In this document: positions 1-11,928 of the stretch, piece after piece | How positions within the stretch are numbered: position 1 is the first letter of the stretch | Layout of the letters: every line of letters starts with the position of its first letter | NCBI GenBank assembly: GCA_027604505.1 | Contig: JADIIX010000111.1 | Span: 52,209-72,208 of the forward strand | Direction: 5' to 3' | DNA: 20,000 nucleotides | Source: Gonapodya sp. JEL0774 | Lineage: Eukaryota | The notes under the pieces: model-generated | Database searches by the model: none | What the model was told of the DNA's origin: nothing | What the model saw: the letters and a program-made list of their open reading frames with translations, nothing else | Program-made: the position numbers and the translations under genes

Positions 1-2
1 CA

Positions 3-185
3 TCAGGTTTGAAAGCTGCTTGGGCGGGCGTGAAAGGAGTTGTAGGACATTGGACAGATTCGGACAGTCGTCACCCCGAAAACGTTGGCGCTGGTAGTGG
101 TCTCTCTGAGGCTCAACAAACACCTTTTGCGAGAGTGCTGAACAAAGTGCGGGTGAGGGGTAAGACGGAAGGAGCGAACACATAG
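3..185 (+). CDS. 3' end of an unknown protein-coding gene entering from the left edge (partial)
   Basis: Frame open from base 3 (SGLKAAWAGVKGVVGHW...GKTEGANT) to TAG at 183-185, followed by an AT-rich spacer facing the FAR11 stop. No recognisable motif. Confidence 0.45.
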   Translation, partial: SGLKAAWAGVKGVVGHWTDSDSRHPENVGAGSGLSEAQQTPFARVLNKVRVRGKTEGANT

Positions 186-323
186 AGGCGAATTTATATT
201 ACGCCAACTGCCGATTGCTATACTGTCCGCAGTTCCATTCTTGTTGCCATCTTGCTAACGTATGATGCAGTTTATTATGTTATCAGTACCTAATTGCATT
301 AATTTCGTGCTCCACAATGGTAC

Positions 324-3300
324 TTAGTACATGCCATCCAGTTCGTCTATCATCAGCCTGCGAGGCTCAATTTTCCCGGTTTCCTCCTCGTCCTCCGTTT
401 GGCTAATAAACATGTTGCGAAGTTCCGAGCGACTGCTCCTATCGTAGACTTCCTGGAACCACCGTCGTATGAATTTAAGAGAAGTTACCAAAACAACAAG
501 AAACAATCGTACTTCGCTGAGCCAGTGCTCGTAATTTTCTGTGAAGTTATCATCGAGTGACAGCGCTTCCGTGTATGTTCCCTGGTGACCATCCAGATCT
601 AATGGGTATTCTTCGGGTGGCCGGTCAGACGAGAATGAGCCTGACTCTTGCAAAGTCACAGAATACTTTTGTGCGTGAAATTGGGAGACAATAAGGCGCA
701 ATTGCTGCTCTTGATTCTGTTGGGCAATCAGTAATTGCAAGTCAGAACACACAACTGTCAATGCAAATCTAACCTGTGCCTCATCATTGTCAACTTCAAC
801 ATCACAACACAAATTGTCATCCTTGAGGTCAGGTCGAATGTGCAGGTAAATGGCCGTAATTATCCTCATATTGCCTGATCACGAAAGAGCATCCAATGGA
901 GTGAAGTTAACAGTATGAGATGTCAATGGAGAGTTTTACTCACTGGTGCGCCATTTTCTGCCGAGGTACGGCAATTGGCTTTTCAGCAACTTTAACGCAT
1001 AGAGTTGCACTGCCAAATGATTTACTTTCAGCACGCGCTTAAGTACGGCCGACGCTTTCCATTGAACAAGCGACACAACGCGATTCAGTTTTCGCTTCGT
1101 CAGTTTTTGAAGTACACGCAGAAGATTGATGGAGGTAAAGAAGTTCCGCCAACATGATGGTTGATACCGTTGGACGGACTGAGCTGCGAGTGCAGGGATA
1201 ATGAGGGATGGACCTGCTGTACCGACAATAAAGCCACTCTGTTGGGATGACACCTGGGTTGGTGCTGAAAGATGACTGATTTGGGTACCGGATTTCGAGT
1301 CACCATTCAGAGCAACAGGTGATCGCTCGTCTCCTCCTGTGATAACGCTCTGTGTAGTGGAAGAGGTGCTATCCTCATCTGGAGAGTGGCGACAAAACCA
1401 AAAGAAGCTGCGAACCGAACCGCACGACTGATCAGGGAGTTTCACGGCGCACTGAGTAACATCTACTCACTTGAGTTCGTCTACATTCTCTCGCGCAGAG
1501 AGCCACGCTGCGGCCATTCCTGCACCACCTGCTGGTCCCATATTCGCCGCCGCTGATCCGGGCGCGGGAGACTTCCCTCCATCAGCGCCAGCACCTCCAG
1601 CGGACGGATTCTGGAACCAAGTCGACAGCATCTTGAGAATCAAGATTGCACAATTGTTGTCGTGAAGGAGCTGACAAATGTGCTCAAAGTGGAGGGCGTC
1701 TTTTTCGCATGGGGACGTGGAGCGGTCAAATTGGAATGCATTGCCATATTCTGCGTATGGTAACTTACGACTGAGCTTCCCATGTTTCAACAGTAAAACA
1801 AGGATCGCTGATACCGCCTTTGTTACGACCTCTTTGTGCCTCTGTACGTCCATCCTGTCCACATACTCCTTTCGGTCCTGTCCAGGTAGTAATCCTGTCT
1901 GTTCTGATGATGCTGCAGTGGAATCCGACCCATCTTCCACACCTTCACGAGGGGCCCCGCCGCCCGTACCACCTGACAGGTTAACTTGCTGTTGCCCAAT
2001 GTTCACATAATAGAGAAGTCGAACGAGTGTGGTGATGCAGAGGGGAAGGAGCCCCAGTATGCTTCGCTGGGGAAACAGGTGAGCTCCTGTCACCGACCAG
2101 AGAGATGCATACAGGACTCACATAAACAATATCCTCCCTCTCCAAAAATTCTGCATCCGTTTCAGGTTGATCGCTTATCGTTTCCTCACTGTCCTCCTCC
2201 AGCAGCTCTTCCAATCCCTGAGTTTTCTGACTCTTTCTGCTGTTCTTCCTGGACACTGGCAGTTCAGCTCCTTCGAGTTCATCTACTTCGTCCTCTCTCC
2301 TCCTGAAAGATGCGACTGCGACCGCCCCGTTCGCTCCGCCAGCACTATCTTTAAGCAATTCCACGTCCATGCGTTCCTTCTCTCTCGCAATTTGAACGTC
2401 TGCCAATCTGACGTAGATATTGCGCCGATAAGAATCCACTGCATTTCGTATGCTAGGTGGCACTCCGGGAATACCCGCATGAGAGGCAGGTATTGCGAGG
2501 AGGACCGGCTGAGGGGTTTGTTGGTGAACCTGTGGCGGTCGCGGAAAGTGGTCCCAGGGAAGATTTAAGTTCGTTAATTCGGTGAGAGAAGGGAGATAGA
2601 CAGAGGGGTACCGCGCCGTGGTGTCGGTAACGAATTGAGAGTACTCTTGGGGGTCAGCTTTGGCATACAGGCCTGCAAGGCAAAGAACAGGTGTAGCTGG
2701 ACTACTTCCAAACCTGATTGACCCACTCACTCTCTGGGACAACGTGGGGTAGTCCCGCTCGCCGCCTCGCCTCTTCCTTGATCCCGCGCATTCGCGAAGT
2801 ACCGCCGAGGGTCGCGAGAACAGTCTTCCAGGTAAGCAACAGTAGCTTACGTGTGGTCACACAAAGGAGATTAGATTAGAACACATACAATGGAGCTTAC
2901 CCATACGCGCATACCTTCTTGACAGGATAGTGCTTTCTGTTTCCCTCTGCCAGTCGTGCAACGAGACCAAACAAGAAGGACACCACCGGGGGATCGGTCT
3001 CCACAAGCTCTCTTCCGAATGCCTCCTCTCCAGTGCACCCCACAACAATCATGTACATCACGCTCAGATATATTCCCACCTCGACATTAGCAGAATCCAA
3101 GGCGCCTTGATGCGGACCGGCGTAATCAGCACCAGAATTCCCTGTGGTGTCTGCAGGGGAGGGCTGAGATTCGTGGACGAGCCGGTCCAAGGTGGAGGAG
3201 ACGAGACGGAGCGCAGCGTAAACATAAGGCAAGGCGTTTGCTCGGCGGAGGAGTCGACTATTTTGGATGATGAGGGATATGTGAGCCGGTACTGTTGTTG

Positions 3301-4777
3301 TTTCTGCAAAAGTACCTGCATTGTGTGCACTTTCGAAGTTGAGGACGTTTCCATTTGCCGCAGATTACGTGACGCTCACCTTGCGATATATACTGTAGAA
3401 TTTTTGCAGCGGCGCACCGCCTGTCCACATCTCGTGACTCCAAATCTTCGAGAATGCACGATATAAATGTGAGTTGATCTGCCTCTGGCGTCTCGGTCCA
3501 CTCTGGAGGATTAGGGCCACGAATGAGAACAAATCCATGCGGGTTCGAAACTTTCAGTAACGACGCATACTCCCATCGAAGACCCTGTACACAGGAACGC
3601 GCAATTAGTGGTCTCACGGACAACAAAGTACAAGAAAAAGCGGCGGCAATTGCGCCAACGGAGTGCCACGCTTCAAGGGCATTCTGTTCCAGAATAACCA
3701 TGATCTATGCGTTTTCTCTGCAAACCCACCTTTCAAAAAGCATCCTTCCGTCTTGCACATGCGGTCCATCCTGATAGTTGTAGAACTCATCCACCTCGTG
3801 TTGCAGTTCGTCCATATCAGCGTAGGTGAAATCGTAGAGGGGAGATTTAGACTTGGCCGCCATTTTAACCATGCGCTGAAGATCGGCCAGGGTGAGAGAT
3901 TCCGGGGGATTTGAAGGAGGTGTAGTCTAATATACGGTTGGGTTGGAAGGGGGAGCAACGTGAGCCCGACAACAACAGGATTTCCGTCAAGCAATCTCGG
4001 ATCCGAGTTCCAGTATGTCACTGGCCCCGATAATTGGGCAGGGCATCACCTGTATCACGCTACTGAATGATTAGAAGCAGTCTCAGCAAGACTGAGGTAT
4101 GAATATCCCAGTTGGACGACCACCTCGCACAAACCAACCCCCTATTTGAGTATGAGCCGAGCAAATTCAATGGAACTTTAGCTACTTACGGCGGCTGCGG
4201 CGTCACCAGTTCGGAAAGGTGGCGGGGAACCTGTTCTTTCGTCCACATTACCAGAAGACATAAATCTGGAGGCTATCGGATGGGGCACTTCGGGATCGTC
4301 TGGATCGAATGTGGAAGCCACTCCCGGTACAGGAGGCGATTGGCGTGAGCTGGAACCAGGGAAGCGAGTCTCTTCTGCGTGCTCCATATCCTGCTCCCGT
4401 AAAGAAAGCGGTGGACTCTCGTCTGGTACGCTAGTTAAGCCCAATGTAGCAGAGGAAGTCGGCACAGAAGAAGAAGAAGAGGAATTTCCGGACGAAGCTC
4501 GAGCAATAGAGGGAGAAAGAGTAGCGAGGAGACCCGAAGAGGTTGGCTGGGCGGGAGACGACGTGCGACCGTAAATCTGAGACGCATTCAATATTGTAGT
4601 GTATCGCTTGTTAGGCTGGACGTGGGCAGGAGGTGGAAGATGTACTTCATTGTGTTGTTCATCCAGAACCAATGTCGGTCAGGGCAATCAATGGCAATGA
4701 TTGTGAGCAACATCGCGATAGTGACGCCACAAGCAGCAAATCTCACGTCCACCCTTGTTTTCCGTTGTCGTTGTCAT
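324..4777 (-). CDS. FAR11: Far11/STRIP1-2 family STRIPAK complex subunit (N1221 + DUF3402 domains), multi-exon
   Basis: Spliced frames give family-typical motifs in order: PESLTLADLQRMV..YDFTYADMDELQHEVDEFYNY (~3780-3925), DVDRRCAAAKILQYISQG, YPVKK|LLLLTWKTVLATLGG (exon resumes at 2845), RHKEVVTKAVSAILVLLLKHGKLS|HALHFEHICQLLHDNNCAILILKML, CWRNFFTSINLLRVLQKLTKRK, LYALKLLKSQLPYLGRKWR, MRIITAIYLHIRPDLKDD. Stop at 324-326. The start at ATG 4777 (MTTTTENKGG, then a GTGAGA donor, then the S/P-rich exon ~4189-4644) is tentative. Confidence 0.92.
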
Positions 4778-5084
4778 CGCGCTCTCTTTCGATATCTCCG
4801 ATTGGTAACCACAAGTGGTTTAACCTTTCTCCGAGAAGACTGCTTCCGGTGCGACAAAGAACCTGATCTTGAGCTGGATACCAAACAGACTGCGGGAGTG
4901 TTTTCGGTGCCCTTTTTAATGTAGCAATTGTGGTTTGTTATTAGTCGGTTCGAGGTCGTCATCACTCGGTAGGCAGACAGCTTCATCATGAACCACACAT
5001 AATATGATATAGATATATACAGCCTTCCAGAGTGATACTACAGTTCATTTTCAAACTTCCTCGGACGCCCCAATACTGATGCAT

Positions 5085-5777
5085 TTATTCATTCTTACAG
5101 GGAAGTGGGTAAGACGAACTCCTCTTCACCTCTGGCTCAAACAAGGGCATTCTTTTCACCTTATCCGGTGCAGTGACATTAAAATGTAAGATTTTTCTGT
5201 TCACTGCAGCGATTATGTCCTGTCTCTCTTTGTCCGACCAATGTGGTTCCAGCAGCTTCTCTGCGGCCTCCTGAATGCTCTTATGGATGTTTCCCAGCAT
5301 TTCTACCCATTCAGGCTTATAACCTTGTCCAGCAAGAACTTTATTCACTTGCCATTCGAGTTCGTCGACACCCGGTGGGGCGAAAGAAGGAGGAGGAAGA
5401 GGCTTCCCCTTTCCCGGAAGGTTTTCGAATGTGCCTCGTCTCTGAGCAGCTTGGATCTGTCTCTCCACCAGTGCTTCCCATCCAGACAGGGCAGACACGC
5501 CTAAAGGGAGTCCTGTTCCAAGGGGAACGTCGAGATCGTGAAGAGATTCAGGTGGAAGAAGGGAGGCAGTACGAGCTCTAGAAGAAGAGCTCTTCTCTGA
5601 TGGATTCTCTGTCGCTGTCAAATCACCACTCGAGGAGGCACTTGACGATCCATTCGTTTGAGGAGAGAACTTGCTGCGAGAAGATGAAGATTTCTGGGCG
5701 ACCGGAGAGCTCTGCAGAGCCGAAAGACGGGCAGAAAGAGTTTCAGCCAGTCGAGAATACAGACTGCGCTTCGACAT
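5085..5777 (-). CDS. DUF1992 (DNAJC28 conserved-domain) protein without a J domain, single exon, ~230 aa
   Basis: LVERQIQAAQRRGTFENLPGKGKPL...NKVLAGQGYKPEWVE matches the DUF1992 signature as I recall it. Likely start is ATG 5777 (MSKRSLYSRLAETLSARLSAL); the further upstream part of the 376-aa ORF overlaps the MFS gene antisense. Confidence 0.8.
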   Translation of the reverse strand: MSKRSLYSRLAETLSARLSALQSSPVAQKSSSSRSKFSPQTNGSSSASSSGDLTATENPSEKSSSSRARTASLLPPESLHDLDVPLGTGLPLGVSALSGWEALVERQIQAAQRRGTFENLPGKGKPLPPPSFAPPGVDELEWQVNKVLAGQGYKPEWVEMLGNIHKSIQEAAEKLLEPHWSDKERQDIIAAVNRKILHFNVTAPDKVKRMPLFEPEVKRSSSYPLPCKNE

Positions 5778-5961
5778 GGGCGACGAGGGCTCGTCTCCGC
5801 CAATTCGAACTTGTGGTGGTGAACAGTCATATCTGTCTGTCCTCAGGAGATCTGCCGGCAATATTTTTTTCCGATCCGAAGCTTCGAATCGACGGATCCG
5901 CGTTTCCCCAATTCCACATCCACTTTGCTTCCAGCGGACTCGATTACATAACTTCTGAGGG
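5778..5961. promoter_or_regulatory. Putative compact bidirectional promoter between the DUF1992 and MFS genes
   Basis: Only 184 bp separate the two divergent predicted ATGs (5777 on -, 5962 on +). Inferred from geometry alone. Confidence 0.4.
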
Positions 5962-8269
5962 ATGACATCGGTGGAATCCCTCCCGTCCAGACCAAATCTG
6001 GAGTCTCCAGACGATTCCGAAAGTTCACCACTCGCTGCTCGGCCCGCTCCCGTCGTTGTGGAAAGCAAAGCAGTAGAGGGGAACTCAGAGCAGAAAGCAT
6101 CGGAGTTGGGCAAGGGGCGGGAGTCCTCGAAATCCTTTCCCGAGGGTGAATGGGGTTGGGTCGTAGTGGTTGCGAGTTTCGTACTTTTGGTGAGCACTAC
6201 TGCGAAATTCGCCATATTAAAGTTTCAATTTCACCGTATCGCCATCCGTCGACTGCAGTTTTGCACAGCGGGTCCTCAGGTACTGTCGTATACGGAGCTT
6301 ATGATAATCGGGAACCATTGCATCAACCTTTTTCACAATCGGACAGTGGTCTCTTGGGACTTATGTCAGGGTGAGAGTCACTAAGGATTTTGCCGTATGG
6401 ATATTTTGATAGGTAATGCCGAACTCTCAATAGTTCTTCACAGCCGACAATACGTTTCAGTAAGACGCCCATCACTTTCCTCCATGTTGTTCTCAAATTA
6501 CAATTCCGAAATCCTTCAGTGGCGCGACGTACTTCACCATTTCATTTATTCCTTCTCTTTGCAACCTTGGTTTCCCTTTGCGTAAGCACATACATTGGTC
6601 AGGTGAATTCTTTGCTACCCTTTTCCTGACATCCATTCACTTCTCAGTGGGACCCGCCGCTGGCAAGGCCGCTGACTACTTTGGACCCCGCCGTGCCGCT
6701 CTGTTTGGTGTCACGTTACAAACCATTGGCCTTACGCTGGCCAGTTTCGGAACAGAGGTTCGAGCTCGTTTCCTGTTGAGTTAACAACCACCGAAGCTGT
6801 GTCTCTCTCATTAACAAACGACGAAATTGGTCTTCTCAGGCTTGGCATGTTCTTCTTACCCAAGGTTTCCTCTTTGGGTGTGGAGAAACGATAATATACC
6901 TGGCATTTGTAAACGCGGTGAGCCAGTACTTCCTCAAGAGAAGAGGGATGGCTATTGGGCTCGCCGTATCGGGCAGTGGTATTGGGTGAGTTATCGCCAA
7001 GAGGTTGAAGGCATTTGCGTCGTTGATACCTTCCAACTCCCCTTACTTTCAACAGGGGTCTTGTACTCTCCCCTATATCGCAGATTCTCATCGATGCCGT
7101 AGGCTGGCGATGGTCACTTCGGATTCTCGCTATTATAGTTGCAGCGAGTAAGTTCAAGTCTGCAAGGAGAACTTTCAATAACCTCATAGATTATTCAACC
7201 ACCACCCCACTTTTGTTCCGTTGCGTTCCATTGTTACGCAGTCGGTGGTCTCTCTGCAGCACTCTACCGCGCCCGAATACCCTCTGGGCTTATGTTGAAG
7301 CGTATCAGTGCGGTATCTGGTGAAAAGGCCCCACCACGCCCCCGAATCTTTGATTTGCAATACTTCAAAGACACTTGGTTCGCGGTGCTCTACGCAAGCG
7401 GTATGGTCACTGGATTTGGATACTTCAGTAAGTCTTCTCGATGTGATTCGTGGCGAGTCAGCCGCGATTCAAAGAATGTACTTGCTAGTTCCTTTCAGCT
7501 ACATCGTGTACGTCTTGACCAATGCATACAGAGGAATGTATAGTCCTTTTGACGGAACTTCTTTTCCGTTGCGCCAGCTCATACGCAACCTCGATTGGAA
7601 TTTCCTCTTCGAACGCATCACTGATTCTGGGTCTCATGAATGGCGCTGGTGCATGTGGACGGTGAGTCAGTTACACCGTATCCATTGATTAGTTCACTCT
7701 CCATTGCGTATCAAAGGCCCCTCGTCTAAGCAGAAACGATTTTACCGTTTTAGGGTTTTCTGGGGCATCGCCGGTGACAGGATTGGCCACGTTAATGCCT
7801 TCCTCATTTGCCAATTCGGCGCGCCACTAGCCATCTTGCTCATATGGCCCTTCGCGAGCTCATTTGGAAGTACACTGTTGTTGGGATTGTTTTACGGGTT
7901 CTTTGCGGCAGGTTTTATATCTGTGATGCCTCTTGTGATGACCACCCTGGCCCCCGATAGCTCCGTGGCCGGTCGTCTGGGATTGCAAATGTCAAGTGGG
8001 CTCATAAATACGCTCGCGGGACCGCCTATTGGTGGAGCACTGGTGAGTAACATCCCCTCCACAGATGGAAACGTCTGATGTTGATGTTCCGCATCTGCAA
8101 TCAAACGGGAAATCAGCTTGATGCCAACACGACGTACGTAGATGGTGTCAAGCACGTGAATTACCTACCAACGATACTGTACGGGGGATCGCTGTTGTTT
8201 TTGGGGGCATTACCGCTTCTTTGGATTCGTTGGAAAGCTGGTGGTGGCAGATTGTTGGCCAGAATTTGA
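5962..8269 (+). CDS. MFS transporter, monocarboxylate porter (Mch/MCT, SLC16-like) family, many exons
   Basis: FPEGEWGWVVVVASFVLL (the PdGG.gW.vv motif of this family), GPAAGKAADYFGPRRAALFG (MFS motif A), VSQYFLKRRGMAIGLAVSGSG, RVFWGIAGDRIGHVN, GLFYGFFAAGFIS, TLAGPPIGGAL. GT-AG introns at 6190-6258, 6280-6346, 6371-6433, 6460-6519, 6582-6647 and more downstream. Stop at 8267-8269. Confidence 0.9.
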
Positions 8270-8447
8270 AACTAATCGCACATGATGTTATTATTCTACG
8301 GTAGAAGCAAAAAAACTTCCTGATCGAAAAATTATTTGATTTTGTAATATGCTACTACATATATACATATAAACATTGCAATGGTATACTTACTGCGCAT
8401 GTTGCACAACGAAGGAACGACTTTCGACTTTGGATCCCCGAGACAAA

Positions 8448-11400
8448 TCAGTCATCCCCAAACGCACCCAACGGATCCGCAATCCTCGTTCCTTGCACTT
8501 CATGCCGTACAGCGCCGGTCAACGACACGCCACTCGTCACCCCCCTCCCAGCACTCGCCTTGACCGCGTTTGCCAGGAATGCATTCCCGGTTTCGGTTGC
8601 GACCCCGACGGCTCCACGGGCGCGCTCCGCGACGGAGCCAACGAGGCTGGGAAGTTGAGAGAATGCTGAACGCGCTTCAGATAGAATCTCTGCAAACGGT
8701 GCGGCGCCGGGTGAGGTTGGTGGCCGGCGGGACTGCGAGAGATCTCGTTCCATTGGCTCGTAGATAGACCGGGAGGGCGAGATTGGAAGTTGAGCAGATA
8801 CTGGCACAGTGAAACACGTCACAATTTGTTCACAGCTGACGAATGCCCATTTTAACTCACTGTTCACCGGATTCGGTAGAGCCTCTACCCCGTTTGTGGC
8901 AATACTTTCTCCTCCTTCTCCTCCCATAACATCCTCCATATCTAGCATGGTTACCGTAGCCACGTGACCTTCTCGCTTGTTCGCTCCACTTTGAGATATC
9001 ACCGACGTTGGAGCCGTAATATGCTTCACAGCTATGTCTGTTGTCCGCTCCACATCTCCCTCCATCCCCATCTCCCTCAAGCTCTCCACCAATCTCTTCA
9101 TTTCATCGAGTCTTGCGATAGCTCCTTCCCAAGCCTGCTTCCACTCCGAGCCCGATGCTGCAACTCCTTGAGCGGGCTCCAAATCACGAAAACCTGCTAG
9201 AGCAGCTTCCAGCACATCCACTGTTGCTAATATGCGCGCAGGAAGGGTAGAATGTGAGGGATGATCAGTGGAGGGAGCTCCCTGCGCTTGAACAACTGGA
9301 GGGGATCCTGCAAACCTTCCCATGGTGGTCCCCGTTGGTGGCTCACCGAGTCCGGGTTTGTCCCCATTCACGTTTTCGTTATTTTGATAATGTCCTATCC
9401 AGGGACTGATTTTCACGCCCGATCCACCCATGCGCCCGGCAACAGCAGCGTAGAGGCCTTTTTCTGACCGTTGACGATCTCCAGAATCCTCATAATATCT
9501 TTTACCCCAGCTATTGGTCTCATCATCATCTCTCAGCCATCCGCCAGTGGTGGATCGCGTGGATCCTGGTTCTCCTCCGCCATACCCTCTCGTACCAGCG
9601 GCTAGGTTTCCCAATCCCTGCAAACCATGTACGGCTCCTGCAATGATTTCTTGCATTCCCGCCAGAGCTTGTGGAATTTGCACCTGGACTTGCGCTAGAC
9701 CCTGCGCGATGCCTCCGCTGGGTCCGGTGGAAGAACCCCTACTTGTCTCAGTTGTTGTTCGACCCGCTCCCCCAAGTATCATGCCTACACCAACACCACT
9801 TCCAGTTCCGGTCCCAGAAGCTCCTCCTCCAAGATCTGTCCAACCATCTGTCTCCACCGATCCCACTCTTAAGGCGCGCGGATCGACAAGCTCCCCCACC
9901 CCAGGTCGTCCTCCCAATGACCGAGCTAAAAACTGGGCGCGGAGGTCCCATGCCCGCGCTGCTAAGCGTGCTGGCGAGAGTGTGGGATTCGGATCATTGA
10001 ACCTCATAAGAGCTCGAAGCGCAGTCGCGGAGGAGGAGGAAAGGACTGAATGACGAGGTCATACGGTGTACATCGGAGATCGGAGATTCTTTAGCTGCAC
10101 CTCCGGCCAAAGAACAGCCTGCGTGTACTCACGCTCCCCCCTAGCCTCGCCGACAATCGCCACCGCCGTCCACTCCACCAAACCCGCCGTCCCTGCGTCC
10201 CAACCCCTCCACAGATCCGCATGTTTTGCTGATTCCGTGTCGTCACCGGCATCTGAGTGAGAAAGCGAAAAACGCCTATCCGAGGAAAATAGAGCGTCCC
10301 ACAGGTCCAGCACGGCAGCAAGCGGGAATTCGCGTGCAAAGAGCAAGCGGAAAAACCGGCTGCGATAGAACAAAAGTAAATAGCCAATGAGATTAACCTC
10401 ACCAAACATAGACTGCAGTGTCCCTACGTAGGCAACTCACATGCCATACATCTGCCCTTCCACCCCAACCCTTTTCATCGCATCTTCCACCTCTGGATCA
10501 GCCCATTTGACCATCTCGTCTTGGACACCTTTACATACCCAGAATATGGGCGGTTTGGCCGTGGCTGTCGCTTGAGCTGACCCGAACTGGGGTGGAGAAT
10601 GCTCGTAGAATGGTTCGAGGACACGCATAATGCGGGAGAAAACTAGGTGCACGTCGTGCTCTATGTAGGAGGGGTCCAGGAGTGTCCGAAGAAATAAGGA
10701 GGTGTCCTCTACTTTGTAACTCCCAACCAAACTCGACGTAATTGGAACCCCATTCAAAGGGTCCCTTTGACTCCGTGCACTAGCTGCATCGCCTTGCCAG
10801 TGCCATCCCTCCACGACGTTTCCGTCAGCATCCCACCCTCTTTCGAGTGCAAGTGCGTACAGTACCGCTGCGCAGACTTCGTGCATGCCTTGTCGGTATC
10901 CGACCGTGGGGTGCGTGCGAGACCAGCAAAACAAAACTGAAGTGCAAATGGCATGGGCAGAGATGCGAGGGTGCGAAGGATTCGTCGAAGAGGGCAAGGA
11001 CGAAGAAGGCGAGCCTGGAGCAGAGGAAGAAGAGGGCCGAAAGAATCCCACATCGGGGAATGTTCTCTCCACATCCTGAGTAATAGTTCGACGAAGATCT
11101 ACGTCGGAAAAATATTGGATCCAAGGACTATCAGGGGCCAGACTCAGGGGATCAGGAATATGTGTGGATGTGGGTCTTGAAACGGTCGATACAGACTCCG
11201 AGAGTGAGCTAGAAGGACTCAGAGTGCCACCAAAATAAGGAGAGATTGGTGCCGAGAGTCCAGATGGCGTCGAAGCAGGGGCGGTTGCCGCCGTAGGGAG
11301 TGCCTCGAGTCCGGCCTTCAACATCGCATATTCTGTGCGTTGAGAGGACAAAGCGGCAATCCATGGTGTAGTGGCAAGCGGGGCGCTAGATGGGGCCAAG

Positions 11401-11928
11401 GGGCGTGGAGGCAAAAGCTCGAGGAAGAACTGAGTTCAATGGGACAGCATGAGACCCGAGGTTGCTGAGGGCAAAGTACCATACTCAGCGAGAATCTTCT
11501 TCAACTCTACAGGTCGCCGTTCAGAAAGGCTCAATATAGTTTGAAGCACTCTCACATCCATCCACGTTTGTGTCAAGCAAACTTCCCCCAAAAAATAGTC
11601 CTGGAACACTTCGACGGACGACTCGGTAAGTCCTTAACTCACCATCCAAGATAAAGTGCGCAGCCCCTTTTGGGTCACTATACCGGGATTTCTCAGTACA
11701 AATGCATTGAGCTGGGAGAGTTTTGGAGGGCGGGGTTGGAGAGTAGGGTTTGGAACGTGGGAGACTCGGTTGAGGTTTGCGAGAGAAGTGAGAGTCCACT
11801 GGGCACGACGCCTTGGAAAAAGAGCAATCAGGCGGGAAACATATCATGAATGCACCGCGGGAGGGGTACGAGCAGGAGGGTATAGAATGAAATGCCCAAA
11901 CGTTAGGGGAGCCTAACCTCCCCGTCAT
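8448..11928 (-). CDS. TBC-domain Rab GTPase-activating protein, TBC1D5-like
   Basis: Spliced N-terminus MTGR|RRAQW...GLRTLSWM|FFLELLP (introns 11812-11917 and 11430-11642). Catalytic motifs ITQDVERTFPD (arginine finger) and GYRQGMHE (glutamine finger), then IEHDVHLVFSRIM and EGQMYGI|RFFRLLFAREF..LWDALF. A long low-complexity C-terminal exon ends DPLGAFGDD*. Confidence 0.9.

Noticed and set aside
4466..4482. GAA trinucleotide run
   Set aside because: It simply encodes a poly-Ser tract in the FAR11 N-terminal exon on the - strand.
5778..6215. N-terminal 146 aa of the 376-aa ORF treated as real protein
   Set aside because: It is antisense to the well-supported MFS exon 1 and has no motif. ATG 5777 is the more parsimonious start. 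Kept only as a low-level finding.
8570..11180. Numerous + strand ORFs opposite the TBC gene (similar ones lie opposite FAR11)
   Set aside because: These are shadow ORFs of coding exons with no motifs.
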